From: Podarcis cretensis | Taxonomy: Eukaryota | DNA: 64,000 bases | Assembly: GCA_951804945.1 (NCBI GenBank) | Contig: OX638154.1 | Span: forward strand, 59,148,001-59,212,000 | Direction of reading: 5' to 3' | Notes under the pieces: generated by a model | What the model was told of the DNA's origin: nothing | The model's database searches: none | The model's input: the letters and a program-made list of their open reading frames with translations, nothing else | Shown here: in pieces, positions 63,362-64,000 of the stretch | Layout of the letters: the number at the start of each line of letters is the position of its first letter | Numbering within the stretch: the first letter of the stretch is position 1 | Translations under genes and position numbers: made by a program

Positions 63362-64000
63362 CTGTAAAAGGACGGAAGAAAAGAAAAAGTGGTAGAGAAG
63401 GAGCAAGCGGCCACTCTGCCGAACAAGACTTTATAGGATTGTCCCACTTCCACGCTGAGCTGCCTCTCACTTCAGTGGGGATGAACCCAGGTTTAAAGCA
63501 GGGCAGTGAAGAAATATCACTTCCTTCCTGCCTCCAGAGCAGAGAGCAAGGAGCGCTCTCCTTCCCGCCCCGCGCAGCCCCCATCCCACCTCAGAGATAA
63601 GTTGATACTAGCTCAGGGCAGGAAACAAAATGCAACTTCTGAAGGCACATGCCCCATTTGCAAGGCAGCCAGCAGCATCCCCCAGCCATTCATTAAAGCT
63701 TCCAGGAACCCAAAGCGAGGTGTGGGGAGGGGGGGGGGTTGAGGTCTTTCTCCACTAGTGCCTGGACAGATTTGGGGGAAGGCCAGCTGGGTCTAAGAGG
63801 GGTCCCGCACCCCAAAATCCTCTTCTACCCAACCCCCCGATTTGCCCAAACTTGCAAACTCTAGAAGCGAAGTGGGAGGGCCAAGGGGAAGCCTACCCAT
63901 CGCTCATCCCCTGGACAAAGCCCTTCACCCCTTCCACTTGCACAGACGGACAGACACTTCAGACAAAAGGACGCGGTGCATGCGTTCCTCCATCGTGCTT

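Overview
Eukaryotic, vertebrate genomic DNA. The repeats point to a squamate, probably a lacertid lizard: Sauria SINEs, tRNA-head/CR1-tail SINEs, L2, Penelope, and hAT and Tc1/mariner MITEs. The only supportable protein-coding sequence is three small minus-strand exons of SSBP3 (exons 2-4: 73, 62 and 85 nt), which encode the LUFS/LisH region and have canonical GT-AG boundaries and continuous frame. Exon 1 lies beyond 64000. Everything from 60203 down to base 1 is the very large intron 4, and no exon 5 was found. That intron contains many transposon relics, two N gaps and several TE-free, CpG-retaining blocks that look like conserved non-coding elements. Most notable: (i) a 1.6-kb non-coding retroposon with a perfect 17-bp TSD, CpG-island-like 5' end and poly(A) tail, which looks like a non-autonomous L1-type element; (ii) a relic LF-SINE head; (iii) SINEs with different tRNA heads (Lys vs Asn) on the same CR1 tail; (iv) several candidate frame-disrupting micro/poison exons and a possible internal first exon on the SSBP3 sense strand. 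No new biological system can be demonstrated from sequence alone. The cryptic-exon and enhancer ideas are hypotheses, and repeat family names come from recalled consensus features, not database searches.
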